From assembly GCF_009914755.1 (NCBI RefSeq), contig NC_060940.1: a stretch of DNA of 64,000 bases; one strand, 5' to 3'. The notes under the pieces were generated by a model that saw nothing but the letters and a program-made list of their open reading frames with translations, did not search any database and was not told the origin of the DNA. The stretch comes from the human T2T-CHM13v2.0 reference genome, Homo sapiens. Positions within the stretch are counted from its first letter, which is position 1. Every line of letters starts with the position of its first letter. The position numbers and the translations under genes are program-made. This document shows, piece by piece, positions 14,401-26,440 of this stretch.

Positions 14401-15805
14401 CTTTTTGATAGGATTATTTATAATTTTCTTGCTGATTTGTTTGAGTTCCTTGTAGATTCTGGATATTAGTCCTTTCTCAGATGCATAGTTTGAGAATATT
14501 TTCTCCCAGTCTGTGGGTTATCTGTTTACTCTGCTTTTTATTTCTTTTACCATGCAGACGTTTTGGGTGGGAGTGCGTGATGGATAAAAGACTGCACACT
14601 GGGTACAGCATACACTGCTCGGGTGATGGGTACACCAAAATCTCGGAAATATCTTCTTTAGTGAGGTAATCGTTCAGATCTCTTGCCCATTTATAAATTG
14701 GGTTTTTTATTCTCTTATTGCTGAGTTCTAAGAATCCCCTGTATATTTCGGGTACAATCCCTTTTTCAGAAAATTGGAAATAATCACTAAATAACTTATC
14801 CATGTAACCAGACACCACTTGTTCCCCAAAAACCGACTGAAATAAATAAAAATCCCACAAAAACAATCCCCACCCCAAAACTCTCCCCCTCAAAACAAAG
14901 CAAAACAAAACAAAAAACTCCACAACAATTGGGTGTGTCAAAGAGACATAGAAGACAACTGCAAGAGCTCCCAATGGCCAACTGGGGACAATGTGCTCTA
15001 TAAAATAGAGTAGTATTGGATTATAGCCCAAGGTATGAAATCAATATCCATGCATTCATACTGATGTAAATAAATGATTAAATAAACAAATAGATGGGGG
15101 GGATACACAAATATCCTATGCAGAAGAAATGCAAGTAATTTATGTAGATACTCTTTGCTCCAAGGGGTTGGAGCATGGCTCCCATTTCTTTAGTGTGGGC
15201 TGTGCATTGTGACTTCTTCAAAAGAGTGAAGTCTGGAAAGGAGAGGAAGGGGAGTGTAACTTTGCATTGACAAACCTGGCAAACACGTCCTCAGTTGGAA
15301 GATTAAGGTCAAAATTAACAGTGACAAATTATGTTGATAGCATGCACCTTTGATATGATTTGATGAGAATGTCACTTTACCTTTGTGGTCTTCTTCTCTG
15401 CAACCTTGGTTTAATCATGAGAAAAAGATCAGACAAATTCCAATTGTTTCACATTGTACAAAATACTTGACCGCAACTTAAAAACTGTCTAAGTCTTAAA
15501 AAACAAGGAAATTCTGTGAAACTGTCATAGCAAAGAAGAGCATGGAGAGACATGTTTGGGTGGGATCCTGAAATACTGAAAGAACATTGGATGAAAACTA
15601 AGGTAATCTGAATAAAGTGTGGGCTTTGGTTAATAATAATGCTTGAATATTGATTCGTTAATTATGTCAAATGTACAATGCTAATGGAAAATGTTTATAA
15701 TAGGGGATACCTGGTGTGAGGTTTAGGGGAACTTTCTATACTGTCTTTGCAATTTTTTCTGTAAATCTTAAGCCACTCTAAAATATAAAGCTTATAATTA
15801 ATTAA
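11455..15805 (+). mobile_element. L1MC-type (L1MC3-like) LINE: decayed ORF2 3' half plus long 3'UTR, interrupted at 14134-14855
   Basis: ORF2 motifs caacattgtactggaagtc, catggattgaaagactcaatattattaagatgtc, caccaaagaagatatacagatgg; L1MC 3'UTR aaaaacaaggaaattctgtgaaactgtca; many stops and frameshifts. Confidence 0.9.
14134..14855 (+). mobile_element. L1PB-like insertion with inverted 5' part (twin-priming structure)
   Basis: 14134-14563 is antisense ORF2; 14564-14855 is sense 3'UTR (ctgctcgggtgatgggtacaccaaaatctc...cttgttccccaaaaac); flanked by aaaacccaca / aaatcccaca. Confidence 0.85.
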
Positions 15806-15947
15806 AAAATGCACGCCAGACATTGTTCTAGGCACTAGTATGGGTAAGACATGCCCCTGTCCTCAAAGAGCTCAAGTTAGTGAGTCCACAAGGTATGTGA
15901 AAATACAGTCTAGTATTCACGTCAGAGACATGGGCAAAGGGTTTTGG

Positions 15948-15996
15948 AAACCTAAAGTTTAAAATGAATTGTCTTTAAACCTAAAGTTTAAAATGA
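15948..15996. repeat. 20-bp direct repeat aaacctaaagtttaaaatga x2
   Basis: Copies at 15948-15967 and 15977-15996. Confidence 0.9.
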
Positions 15997-17129
15997 CTTC
16001 TAACCCACATTTTGTGAAAAAGTTAATGTTCTTCCTAAAATGTGAAAAGCTGATTGGGGTTGGTGGTGATCTTATTTCTAGGACCAGGTTTCTCTTGCTG
16101 ATGAGCTCATTCCCATCTCATCTCCCACCGTGTATTATTTGCTCACATTCATGCATACCAGACAGGGTACTCATCCTGTTTCCTTCTTTTTTGCCCATGG
16201 ACGTGTATTGTCAGACTTTATTGAAGATGGAAGATATAAAAGATGTTTATGAGTCTTAAATACAAAAATCTTTAAAGTATAGATTTGAGGCTCTGTTCTT
16301 TAAATTTCCTTGACCATTCCACCACAAAGAACCTCTCACCAGCACTCCAGTCTGCAGGCTCCTGCTTCCTGCCAAGAGTCTGGTCCCATCTCACATCCCT
16401 TGCCAACCTCCAATATTCTGGATGACTTCTTTTGCAGGTAAGTTTACTGTTCTGTTTATTTCTTTTCTCCCTTACAAGGCAGGTTTGGGATCTCACCTTC
16501 TTCACTCAAAGCAATCTAGCAAAGTTGTTTCTTAATAAAGATGAGTTCTTCTAAAAAAAAAATACCCAAACAAATAAAATAAATACATAGGTGCCAACTG
16601 TTAAAATAGTAGTTTCTTCGTTCGGCTACACTAGATCAGTAAACAAATGATGTGTTTCATTTGGGAGAGTTGTTAAGAAGAAGGAAGTGCCTGTTTTTTT
16701 TTCTTCTCTCTTGGTAGTTCTCAGACCACTTTACTTTCATTTGGTCTGTTGCAACACCCCAAGATGGCAGCCTCGTACTTCAGTTCTGTGTGATGTTTTG
16801 GATCAGCTCTTTCTATTTGACTCATTTTAATCAAAGTTTTGTCCACTTCTCATCATCCAATTTGACCAGGGGGATAGGGGCAAGTTCTCCATGGGCATGG
16901 CCAGCAATGCCTCAGAATATTAGTTGTCCCTGTTGTTGGGTTATTACTTACTTTATTATTCAGGACAGATTCCCTCAGCTAGATATAGCCATACCCTACA
17001 GCGGTTATGTAAGAGTCTGTAGTTTTATACATTCTTCTTTCTTTTCACTTGTCTTTTACCTTGAAATGATTAAGAGGGGGGTGTATTTCTTCAAGGGTCT
17101 ATCCCAGTTAGAAAGAACTTCAAGGAGAA

Positions 17130-17640
17130 TATTATTCGTGACTCCTTTTGTTGTGAGCTACAAAAACATAGTGTCAACTACTTTAAGCAAAAGAGGAAAT
17201 GGACAGTGGAATAGCTTCCAAGATCAAGGGAAGAACTACAGGATACAGAACCTTGGCAGTGAGATGTATATATGTCTTCCCATTTCTCATCTCTCTTCTT
17301 TTTTCTTTGTTTGGCTTCTCTCTGCAGGCAGGTCCTTGCTTTCAGGCCCGGATTCCCATCCTCCTAGCTCAGTGACCCCTCGCAGAAGGAAAGTGCCTGC
17401 TTTCATGTGATGTCTGTGCATTAGTTCCAGGGAAGAGCTCTGGGCAGCCCACCTTGAGTAAGATGCTCTCTTCTCGGACTAGCCACCAGGGGCATTGTGG
17501 ATTATGATTGGCCTGATCTGGGACCCTTGCCATCACCAAGGGGAGTGGCTTAGGGGGCTATGACTGACAGCCTCAGAATGACAAGTGGTGGATGTAGGGC
17601 AGGCAAATCAGCCGATGTCCATTACTGAAAGGATGCTGTA
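17130..17640 (-). mobile_element. Old MLT1-like LTR
   Basis: ttttgttgtgagctacaaaaac...caactactttaagcaaaagagg...gggaagagctctg...tgattggcctg. Confidence 0.5.
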
Positions 17641-17669
17641 TTTTCCTGCTGGGATAACAAGTATAAATA

Positions 17670-17720
17670 TTAGGTTGGTGCAAAAGTAATTGCGGTTCTT
17701 GACATTACTTTCAGTGGCAA
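17670..17720. mobile_element. MADE1 (Hsmar1 mariner MITE), truncated
   Basis: ta|ttaggttggtgcaaaagtaattgcggtt matches the Hsmar1 TIR; right arm missing. Confidence 0.9.
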
Positions 17721-19200
17721 GAGAGACACTGGGAGTAGAGAGTGAGGTTGGTGAACCTTGCAAGTTGAAGCTTTCTCTCCTCAGAATCACTTAGCCTGTG
17801 CCTTTTTCTCAGAAAGAGGAGAAAACAACCCCCTAGGCATGAAGGATTATGTGATTTGGGCAGCATGAGGTCTAGATAAACTGTGGGAACAACTTCAAGG
17901 ACCACTGGAGACTCTCACTGGGATACGGGGCCTCAGCTGGACCTGAAATCTCCATGGGGATGAGTGTGGTATCTTTCGTGCACTTGGGCTTTTTTCTGCG
18001 AAAGCCCCCTCTGCAGTAGGTTTCTTATTCTGAGGTGGCCTGGAATCTCGCAGCTGGCTACGATTTGTGGTACTCACACCCTGGGCTTCCACAAGTCTGG
18101 GCAAAGAATATGAAAAGGTTATTATTTCTCTCCTGCCTGAGGGGTTGGAGGCCTCACCTCCTGGGGCCGTTCCTAGCTCTGAATAAGAAAGTGTCTAAAG
18201 TAGTAGCGTATAAGCGTCTTTTTTTCGTATTAATGGTTGCAGTGGATTATAAAGGGGAACCCAGCAGGCGTGGAAGGGCTTGCATCCATTTCAAAAGCTC
18301 CAGTACATTCAGAGGCCAAAGAAAGTCCTTTGAGAGTGCCCTGTAAAGAGTGTTGCCAGTAGTTTTTGTAACCGTAAGCCCTGGCAGGGATTCTGGACCA
18401 AACTGATGTCATTTCATTTTCCATTCCGATCACAGTCTAGTAGAGTCAAGTGGAAGTCCAGCTGGGGTCTCGTTTTTAGCTTTATGAGAAAGCCATACAG
18501 GACTCATTCAAAAAACTTTTGTGGAGGGCTTTCCATTGGCAGGACCTGGGGCCAGGATTGGGGAGCTGCATGCCCCTATCCTCAGGGAGCTCACAGTTTA
18601 AACCATAGAAGTTCGTAAGTCGTACATAACTATAGCATAAAACTGCATAGGAACAGAACTCTGAGAGAGGTAGAAGACAATGACTCAGTTTGGAGGGGAG
18701 ATACTTTTTTTTTTTTTTAACCAGGCAAGGTCATGGGGTATGAAGTAGAGAAGGGGGATGGATCACAATTTTATCACTGGCGTGTATCCATGACCTCCTT
18801 GGAGTCCAAAGAGAAACACCAGAAAGAAACATCAAGAAATTGTCTCTTTTGCCAAATCTAAGAATATATTAGCGATGTCATGATATTTCCTGAACAAAGA
18901 GATATCTCAGAATTGCAATAAGGGAGGGTGTTTTAAAAGAGCTATGTACAAATTAAAAAAACATTTTTTCTTGTTATAGTATTTCCCAATACTTTCCGAA
19001 TTTAGACTTCCCTCTCCCTTTTCTACCATAAGCCCCATCCATGTAAGAGATGGGAAGAGTGGTAGAAGGGGTAAATCTGCCAATAATAATATATGTTCTA
19101 ATTAGGAGAGAATAATAGGCGGTCTTGTCCTGTGATCTTACCTTCTTGTGACATTGAAATCCCACTCATGAGCATTGAAAATATTCCTGATAGAGCCAGG

Positions 19201-19300
19201 CTAGAGTTGCCAGATAAAATACAGGACAGCAGCTAGATTTTAATTTCAGATGAACAAAGAATAACTTTTTATAGTAGTGTAAATATATCCTGGGAACGCT
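19201..19300. mobile_element. MER53-like hAT element, partial
   Basis: gttgccagataaaatacaggac...aatttcagatgaacaaagaataa. Confidence 0.75.
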
Positions 19301-19875
19301 AACCCAGACTCTTTTGGCATATTGGCACTAGATGCATGGCTTCATTGGATCAAATGATTATCCATGTCACATGTCTGGCCAAAAAAGTCTCACCAGTCCT
19401 GTTCCTATCCTCGCTCCCCAGAATATAATAGAAGGGGGATCTTTGTTATGCTTAGGGCAGAGCAGGGGAAAAGACACTGGCTGAGGACATATACCAACAA
19501 GAGGTTAATCTTGGGTGTGTTAAAAGTCTGATTGCCTTTTGAAACTCCATTCTAGGGCCAGACCTTAGTGAGGGCTTCTTACCCTGCTCCCCTCCACCAC
19601 CCTTAGGAATCAAAGGATCTCCTTCTATCTCAGACCTATGCCACTGGGGAGAGTGGGATGATTGACAACTCATGCTTGAGGCAGAGAACATGGAAAATGG
19701 AATCCAGGAGAGGGTAAGTAAAGAGGTTGAAAGGATGAGCGTTAAAATGAGACAGGGCACAAGTCAATGAGTCTCCTCAGCTGGTCATGAATGGCTGGTC
19801 CTATGGGGGCTGTCCTGAAAGTCTACAATTAGGGCTCCACACATATTGAAGGAGCTGAGGCCATGTTGAAAAAAG

Positions 19876-20036
19876 CAGTGCTTCTTAATTTTTAATATCC
19901 ACAAAAATTACCTGGGGATCTTGTTAAAGTGGAGATTCTGATTCAGCAATTCTGGGGTGGGCTCTAAGGTTCTGCATTTCTGACGAGTGTCTAAGTGATG
20001 CTGATGCTGCTGGAATGTGGCCCACATTTTGAGCAG
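19876..20036. mobile_element. MER5-family DNA element
   Basis: cctggggatcttgttaaagtggagattctgattcagcaattctggggtggg...gtgatgctgatgctgctgg. Confidence 0.85.
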
Positions 20037-20396
20037 TGTTAAAGAGAAATTGCACCAAATACTTGTGAAAAATGTCAAGGAAGACTTTATTCAAGACTAT
20101 TGCAATTGGGGAGAGAGATTGAACTCAACTTCAAATATAAAAGGGACAGCTGGGGACTTAAAGCCAACAGGCAGGGTGAGGGAGAGGATAGAAAAGTATT
20201 AAGAAGATCTTGGTTAGGTATCCAGGGTTAGGGAAGAGGAACTGGATTAGATGTCAAGGGTGGGAGAATTGTTGCTAAATGGCTTAGCAGGATTCTTGGT
20301 AAAACTGGGTCCAAAGGCCAAGGGCAAGGCTCAGTCAAGAAGAGGGTTCTGTGAGGGGCCTGGCTAAAGTTTGGTCAAGGAGGCAGTACTTGTTAG
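20037..20396 (-). mobile_element. MER31-like ERV1 LTR
   Basis: ggaagactttattcaagactattgcaa...cctggctaaagtttggtcaaggag. Confidence 0.65.
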
Positions 20397-20449
20397 TAGC
20401 AAGGGACCAGAGTAGAGAAGTTTCTAACAAACTTCTCTACTCTGGTGGA

Positions 20450-20695
20450 TGGTCTCCCCCATGATGTTCTCATGATAACGGGTGAGTTCTCATGAGATCT
20501 TATGGTTTTATGAGTGTTTGGAAGTTCCTCCTTTGTTCTTCTCTCTCCTTGCTTCCCCTTTATCTTCCACCATGATTGTAATTTTCCTGAGGCCTCCCCA
20601 GCCATTCAGAATTGTGAGTCAATTAAACCTCCTTCGTTTATAGATTACCTGGTCTCAGGCAGTTCTTTATAGCAGTGTGAGAACTGACTAATACA
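20450..20695 (+). mobile_element. MST/THE1 MaLR LTR, 5'-truncated
   Basis: gagttctcatgagatct...tcctgaggcctccccagcc...gtgagaactgactaataca. Confidence 0.9.
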
Positions 20696-20714
20696 ACATG
20701 TTGATAATAACTTT

Positions 20715-21333
20715 TGTTAAAAGATAAACTTAAAGGTCAGGCATGGTGGCTTATGTTTGTAATCTTAACCACTTTAAGAGGCTGAGGCAGGTAGATTGCT
20801 TGATGCCAGGAGCTTGAGACCAGCCTGGGCAACATGGTAAAAATCTGTCTCTACAAAAAAATTAGCCAGGCATAGTAGCACATGCCTATAGTCCCAGCTA
20901 CCTGGGCTGAGGTGGGAGTATCACTTGGAGTGATGAAGGCTGCAGTGAGCTGTGATTGTGCCACTGCACTCCAGCCTGGGCAACAGAGTGAGACAGAGTG
21001 AGATTCTGTCTCAAAAAAAAAAAAAGATAAATTTTAAAATCAATAGTGATTCATGAGTCAGGCAGCTCCAGACTGCAACTGGTTTGGGGATTCACTGGAG
21101 GGGCACAAGGGTAAGGCTTTGATAGGAAACAAAAACAAACAAAAAGATTTGTTAAAGTGGAGCAGTAGCTCTATTTGGATCATTCCAGAGGAAAGTCCCA
21201 GTTAGGAGATAGCAGTTTTTGATTGGCCTAAAATATGACCATTTATACTGAGTTGGGTTTTGGTTTGCTTATGTAGAAACCCAATGCACTGGAGCTGCCT
21301 CAGTCTTATGGCTTCTCAATTAATCATTTTAAC
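20715..21333 (-). mobile_element. MER90/MER110-like ERV1 LTR split by an Alu
   Basis: Ends ctgagttgggttttggtttgcttatgtag...ctcaattaatcattttaaca. Confidence 0.55.
20735..21025 (+). mobile_element. AluJ
   Basis: ggtcaggcatggtggctt...gtctcaaaaa; flanked by aaaagataaa on both sides. Confidence 0.92.
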
Positions 21334-21654
21334 ATTGTAGAGGCCAACCAGGAGAAGGCTGTCAGCAACATAATCTAGTTGAAAAGAAGTCTGGATTACC
21401 ATCAGGTTACCCTGTTTAATGGAAATGGCAGTTAGAAATGTTAGACGCCTGTTAACAGACCATAATCCTGGAGAACCAAGGGGGAAGAAATGCTGGTCAT
21501 GGTGGTTGTAACTCTGGATCCCTGACCTCAAGTATATAGCATTGTTATACCCTAACTCCAATGGAATGATCTCTTAAGCTTCCTTCATTGTATTTATGGT
21601 CTTTATTTTAAAAAATATATACTTAAAAAATATATATATATATATACTTTTTCT

Positions 21655-21918
21655 GACCGGTCGTGGTGGCTCACACCTGTAATCCCAGCACTTTGAGAGG
21701 CCAAGGCAGAAAGATCGCTTGAGGTCAGGAGTTTGAGACTAGCCCGGCCTGCATGGCGAAATCCCATCTCTACTAAAAATACAAAAATTAGCCGGGTGTG
21801 GTGGCAGGCTCCTGTAATTCCAGCTACTCGGGAGGCTGAAGCATGAGATTTGCTTGAAGCCAGGGGGTGAAGGTTGCAGTGAGCCCAGGCTGGGTGAGGG
21901 AGTGAGACTCTGCCTCAA
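21655..21918 (+). mobile_element. Alu with a deletion in the right arm, followed by a TA-rich tail to about 22020
   Basis: ggtggctcacacctgtaatcccagcac...ttgcagtgagcc joined directly to caggctggg. Confidence 0.92.
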
Positions 21919-23139
21919 ATATATATATGTATGTGTGTACATGTACATATATATGTATCTTTTTATTATATATAAATATATATATCTTTATAACATATAT
22001 TATATATACATATGTATATTTTCTGAATGTAAAAATAATATAGCATATTACAGAAAACTGGAAAATGTGGAAAATACTAAAAAACACAAATCGTTGTAAG
22101 AGAAGACCACTGATAACATGTATCCTATATATATGTAATGAATATGCATGCCTGTGTGTGAATGTGTGTCTCGTTACATACTCTTATAATTTCCTTCTTA
22201 CTTAACAATAAACTGTTAAATTGTGAACATTCCCCTGAGGATCGTGCATTGTTGATGTGTTACAGATACTGAGACAAGATTCAATATCTCAATCCTTCCA
22301 AGGAAAGAAGCTGAATGCATGCAGTGATTTGCCCATTCAACAGCAGGAAGGTCTCAAGCCAAGGTTATCTCATCTCAGGAGCTCAGCCACAGCATTTCTT
22401 TTAGGCCCCGCAGGGCAGAGATCCTTCTATTTTAACCACATTGATAACCCTCTCCATTATTTTCCTCCACACTCCATCCCTGGTGGAAAAGCAGCCCCTG
22501 GAATCTCTCTTCTGATTTCCCAGGGAATCCCTACTGGCTCTTTGGGGTAGACAGAAGGGAATGAGTTCAAAGACTTCAGCAGAGAATGTAGAATGGAGGA
22601 GGATTGTCCCCACATGATCTGGGCTCATTCTTCCATTCCAGGCCACCTTCTGTAGCCTGAAAGTCCCCTGTGACTCTTTCTTTTTCTGCATTTGCCAAAC
22701 ATTTATTTTGTCCCTTTATTTAAAACTTCAGTGTTGCTTTGTTGCTTTTTAAATTAGAAGACAATGATTTTCTTCTTTGCGAGGCAGAGAGAGAAGATGT
22801 GGAAAGAAAAGCTCCCAGGATTTAGAGCATGGATATTAGGATACTTCTTCATCACGTCTTTCTTGAAGATGTGGGTATGAGCCATGGTAAAATTAAGAGT
22901 GGTCCCTTCCAGATGACCTCTCCAGTGACCTTGGGCACTTAAGGCACTCTCCTTGGCTCTAGCGTTTTTATTTGAGAAACGGGTAGAAATCATTTCTGTC
23001 TGCTCACATCAGAGAAATAGGTGGGAAATGCTGAATGGAATATAAAGTGCTAATCACAGGTTGGTGGTTGTTATTATTGATGTTGTTTTTACTTCTGCTG
23101 CCATGAGCAGTGTTATAGGGAGAAAACATATGTTTTTAA

Positions 23140-23850
23140 CAAGTTTTTTATTTTTCAAATAAGACAAAGAAATGGTAAAAATATAGTATAAAGGTTATAC
23201 AGTGAAAACTGTCTCCTTCCCACTATCAGTCCCTTCTCAGAACAGTAGATACCTTCAATCAGTTTTTCTGTTTTCTTCCAAAAATGTTCTCTGCATATAC
23301 AAGCATATGCATATATGTGTATGTTGTATTTTTTTTAGGTAGTAACCCATCCTGCATGTTTCTATTTGTTGTTCGCTTGTTATTATTCCATATTAGCACA
23401 TTCCATTGCATATCATTATTGCATATTCACTGCAATTTATTTAAACTTTCTTCTCATGGTAGACATTGAGTCTGTTTCCAGGGACTGGCTATTTCAAATT
23501 CTGTGGCAATGATCACCCTGTGCACTCGTGTATCTGTGCAAATTGATCTGTATCATAAAGTCTTAGAAGTGGGATGGCTAAGTCCAAGTGTATAAACACT
23601 TTATATTTTAGTAGAAATTGCCAAATTTTCCTCTGGAGAAATGTGCACAATTTACATTTGCACGAATACATTGTTTCTATACACCCTCACCAATATTGCA
23701 TGTTGATCTCTACTAATTTGAATTTGTAATGCTAATCTTATTATTATTGTTTAATTTTGTGTTTCTGCAAGACTGAGAGAGCTTGACTATCTCTCTTTTC
23801 ATATACTTAAAAGCCATATATTTGTGCACTGCTTGCATATGCTCTTTTTC
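23140..23850 (-). mobile_element. Old L1 (L1ME-like) 3' fragment
   Basis: catggtagacattgagtctgtttcca...cttagaagtgggatggctaagtc...ttgccaaattttcctc. Confidence 0.65.
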
Positions 23851-24574
23851 CATTCAAAAGAGCACATATTAAGAGATCGGGCTCAAATCGGCCGGCTCAG
23901 CAGGGCCACTCTTCCCAGGCTTATCTGGGGCTCCTTCCCAGCTCCCCGGCTGCTTGTCTCTCTGGTCTCTTGTGTCTATGCTGCTCTGGCAGTCACAGAA
24001 GCCCCAGGCCATGTATCTGCACTAGTGCACCCATCCATTTACCCTGATAAGTGAAAGCTGACTGCACAATTCTGTGTTATTTATGGCTTTTCTTCCAGCT
24101 ACAAAAAGTATTTTATTCCTCTTCACCCTGGGAGCTGATGTGAGGCAAGTGTCTTCTAAATTTTATAGTATAGCAAATGGAGATGTGAAGACATGTAATT
24201 GGCCATCTGAGCACCTAGTGAGACAACTGCTGAGTCTAAGTGTATAAGATGTTTGACTGTGGTGATCACATCAGCCACAAGCCGGCTCACTGGGGTGCAG
24301 AAGCAGCAAGATGTGGGTGGAACACTGTACTTTGGAGCTTGAAGATATGTGGGTTCTGTTTCTAGCTGGAACATGGATCTGTTGAGAAAGATTGGGCAGG
24401 TATGCTCTGTCTCTGGGGCTCAGTTTCATCATCTGAAGGCCTTCAGATCACAGTGAAGATCTGACAGCTGTGGAAAGAGAGGGGAAGGGAGGAGGTTTTG
24501 TTAAAAAGAGCCTCAGCCTGTAGAGTAAATCTGAGAAGGTCTCACTGTACTGATGTGTAGCTCCAAAGTAGAGA

Positions 24575-24790
24575 TCACCCATTAGAGCAGTGTATGCCAG
24601 ACAGAAACTGTCTGGCCCTAGTACCCCTTTGTGTCCAGTCATTGGCCGGGAGCTGCCCAGGGAGACCTTGGCCTTGGCTTGACCACTGGGGAACACCCCT
24701 AATGCTCTGCAGCTAGAGGTGCCAGCTGCCTGCACTGCTCTTGGCAAACTCACTTGAGATCTGGGCAGTGTACCTTGGGGCCTGGCACAA
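24575..24790 (-). mobile_element. LTR33-like fragment
   Basis: ggccctagtaccccttt...cagtcattggccgggagctgccc. Confidence 0.45.
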
Positions 24791-25159
24791 GAAATTTGTT
24801 TGTATAGTTTAAGGGAATTTTTCTGGGTCCCTCCAAAAGCATTGCAGATCTGAAGACATAATTACTACAGGGTCAAACAATATTATATTACCCCTCTCCT
24901 CCCAATATTTTCTCATCTATTAAATTATTAGAATACTTGCTGGAGGTAATCAGCTCTTTCTTACTGTGGAATATTAAACATATATTTCCTCTATTGTACA
25001 TAAAATCTGTAAAAATTGATACTTATCTGAACATAGGGGTGAGTCCAAGTATGAAAACAATGAGAAAAATATTGTTAGGTGTTTATGGGAAGGGGGGTGC
25101 AATAAGCACAGATTTCACAAGAGAAAATAGGCACATGGACTTTTCAGCACAGCCCATGT

Positions 25160-25605
25160 TCGTCTAGGTCCTCTGAGAAGCAGATAAGACTGGATTAAAT
25201 AGGCAAGAATTTCATTAGAGGAAAAGTCTGTGAGAGAAAAATGTAGACGGAGTCAGGAAACACCATGAGAGCTGCCAGATTGCCATACGCGTGTGCCCTT
25301 GAAGTGAAAGAGAAGAGGAAGGCAGGCTGGGTAGAGTCTAAGGATGGGGTAGTCTACTAAAGGTTCATGCAAGGCCATAGGGAAGTTCATGAGTCACACT
25401 CCTCATCAGAAGAGTTCTGCATCTCCCAGCAATGGACCTGCCTTAGAATCCCTGCTGCACCCAGTAAGCAGCAGGGAGCAAAGCACGGAAGTATGGCCTT
25501 GGCACAAATATATCCATGGATTTGAGCTCACAGCATCTGGAGCTGTTGGTCAATTGTGATTCCTTTAGGTAGAGGGCTAGGAGGGGCATTCTCATGGCTG
25601 CCACA
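25160..25605 (-). mobile_element. LTR33/LTR41-like ERVL LTR
   Basis: aggtcctctgagaagcaga...gagttctgcatctcccagcaatggacctgccttag. Confidence 0.5.
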
Positions 25606-25968
25606 TACCTTGTGACATCTGACAACATTCTCCATGACTTTGTCCGATTATGAGTGGTCATGTCACTTTGCTGTAAGTAGCTGCATTTGAGACAGTTGTG
25701 TAATATTGTCCTTGTGGAAGAAGTTTTTTGGGATTTGCAAGTTCTTAGGATCTCAATAATATATATTTTTGAGATAGGCTTAAAGTGCCTATTAAAAAAC
25801 CTTGTCACTTCTCCAGCTCTGTTGCTTTATTGGAATAATAAAATGTCACAAGTCACCATACATTGCAACTATCTCGGTCTTCCTTAAATTATCCTAGGAC
25901 CCCAAAGGTCCACATAGAGACACTTTTGGTGCCCCATATCTCATGCCTATGTCTGATTTAGCCATGGT

Positions 25969-26440
25969 TGTGGGGGACACTTCTGTGAAAGCTCAGATTC
26001 ATTTGGTAGCATCCTACCAGTAGCACAGAAGTGTGGAGTTCCTTTCTGCTTTCTGCCCTCGGAGTCTATCTGAGCTGCCAGGGTCTGCTTGGCTCATGAA
26101 AAGGCTTCCTGGAAATGTCAGGGAGTGAATGCCCTTGAGGTCAATCCTTAACCAACAGAGGATGGGAGTTTGTGGAAGAAGGCTCCAGCCCTTTGTCTTT
26201 CAGATGGGTAGTTTTGGGAGGCATTCTGTACTCATCTCTGGAGTTCCAGTTCAGAAATTGAGCCCCTTTGGCCAACAGCTCTAACCCTAGGTGTGCATCC
26301 TGACTTGGTCTTCCAGTCCTCCCTGTCTTACTTTCCCTGGTTCCTCACTTCTTTTGTTTAATAATCTGTGATCACCTCCAAGTGAAGCACATGCACCCAA
26401 GTCCTTGTCTCAAGTTCTGATTTCACTGGAGCCCAAACAG
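25969..26440 (+). mobile_element. LTR16-family ERVL LTR
   Basis: gggagtgaatgccc...ccttaaccaa...gatcacctccaagtgaagcacatgcacccaagtccttgtctca. Confidence 0.7.

Noticed and set aside
14477-15031. 184-aa minus-strand ORF
   Set aside because: Chimeric read-through of L1PB and L1MC pieces.
16790-17410. 206-aa ORF
   Set aside because: No recognisable protein features; its second half lies in an MLT1-like LTR; probably chance.
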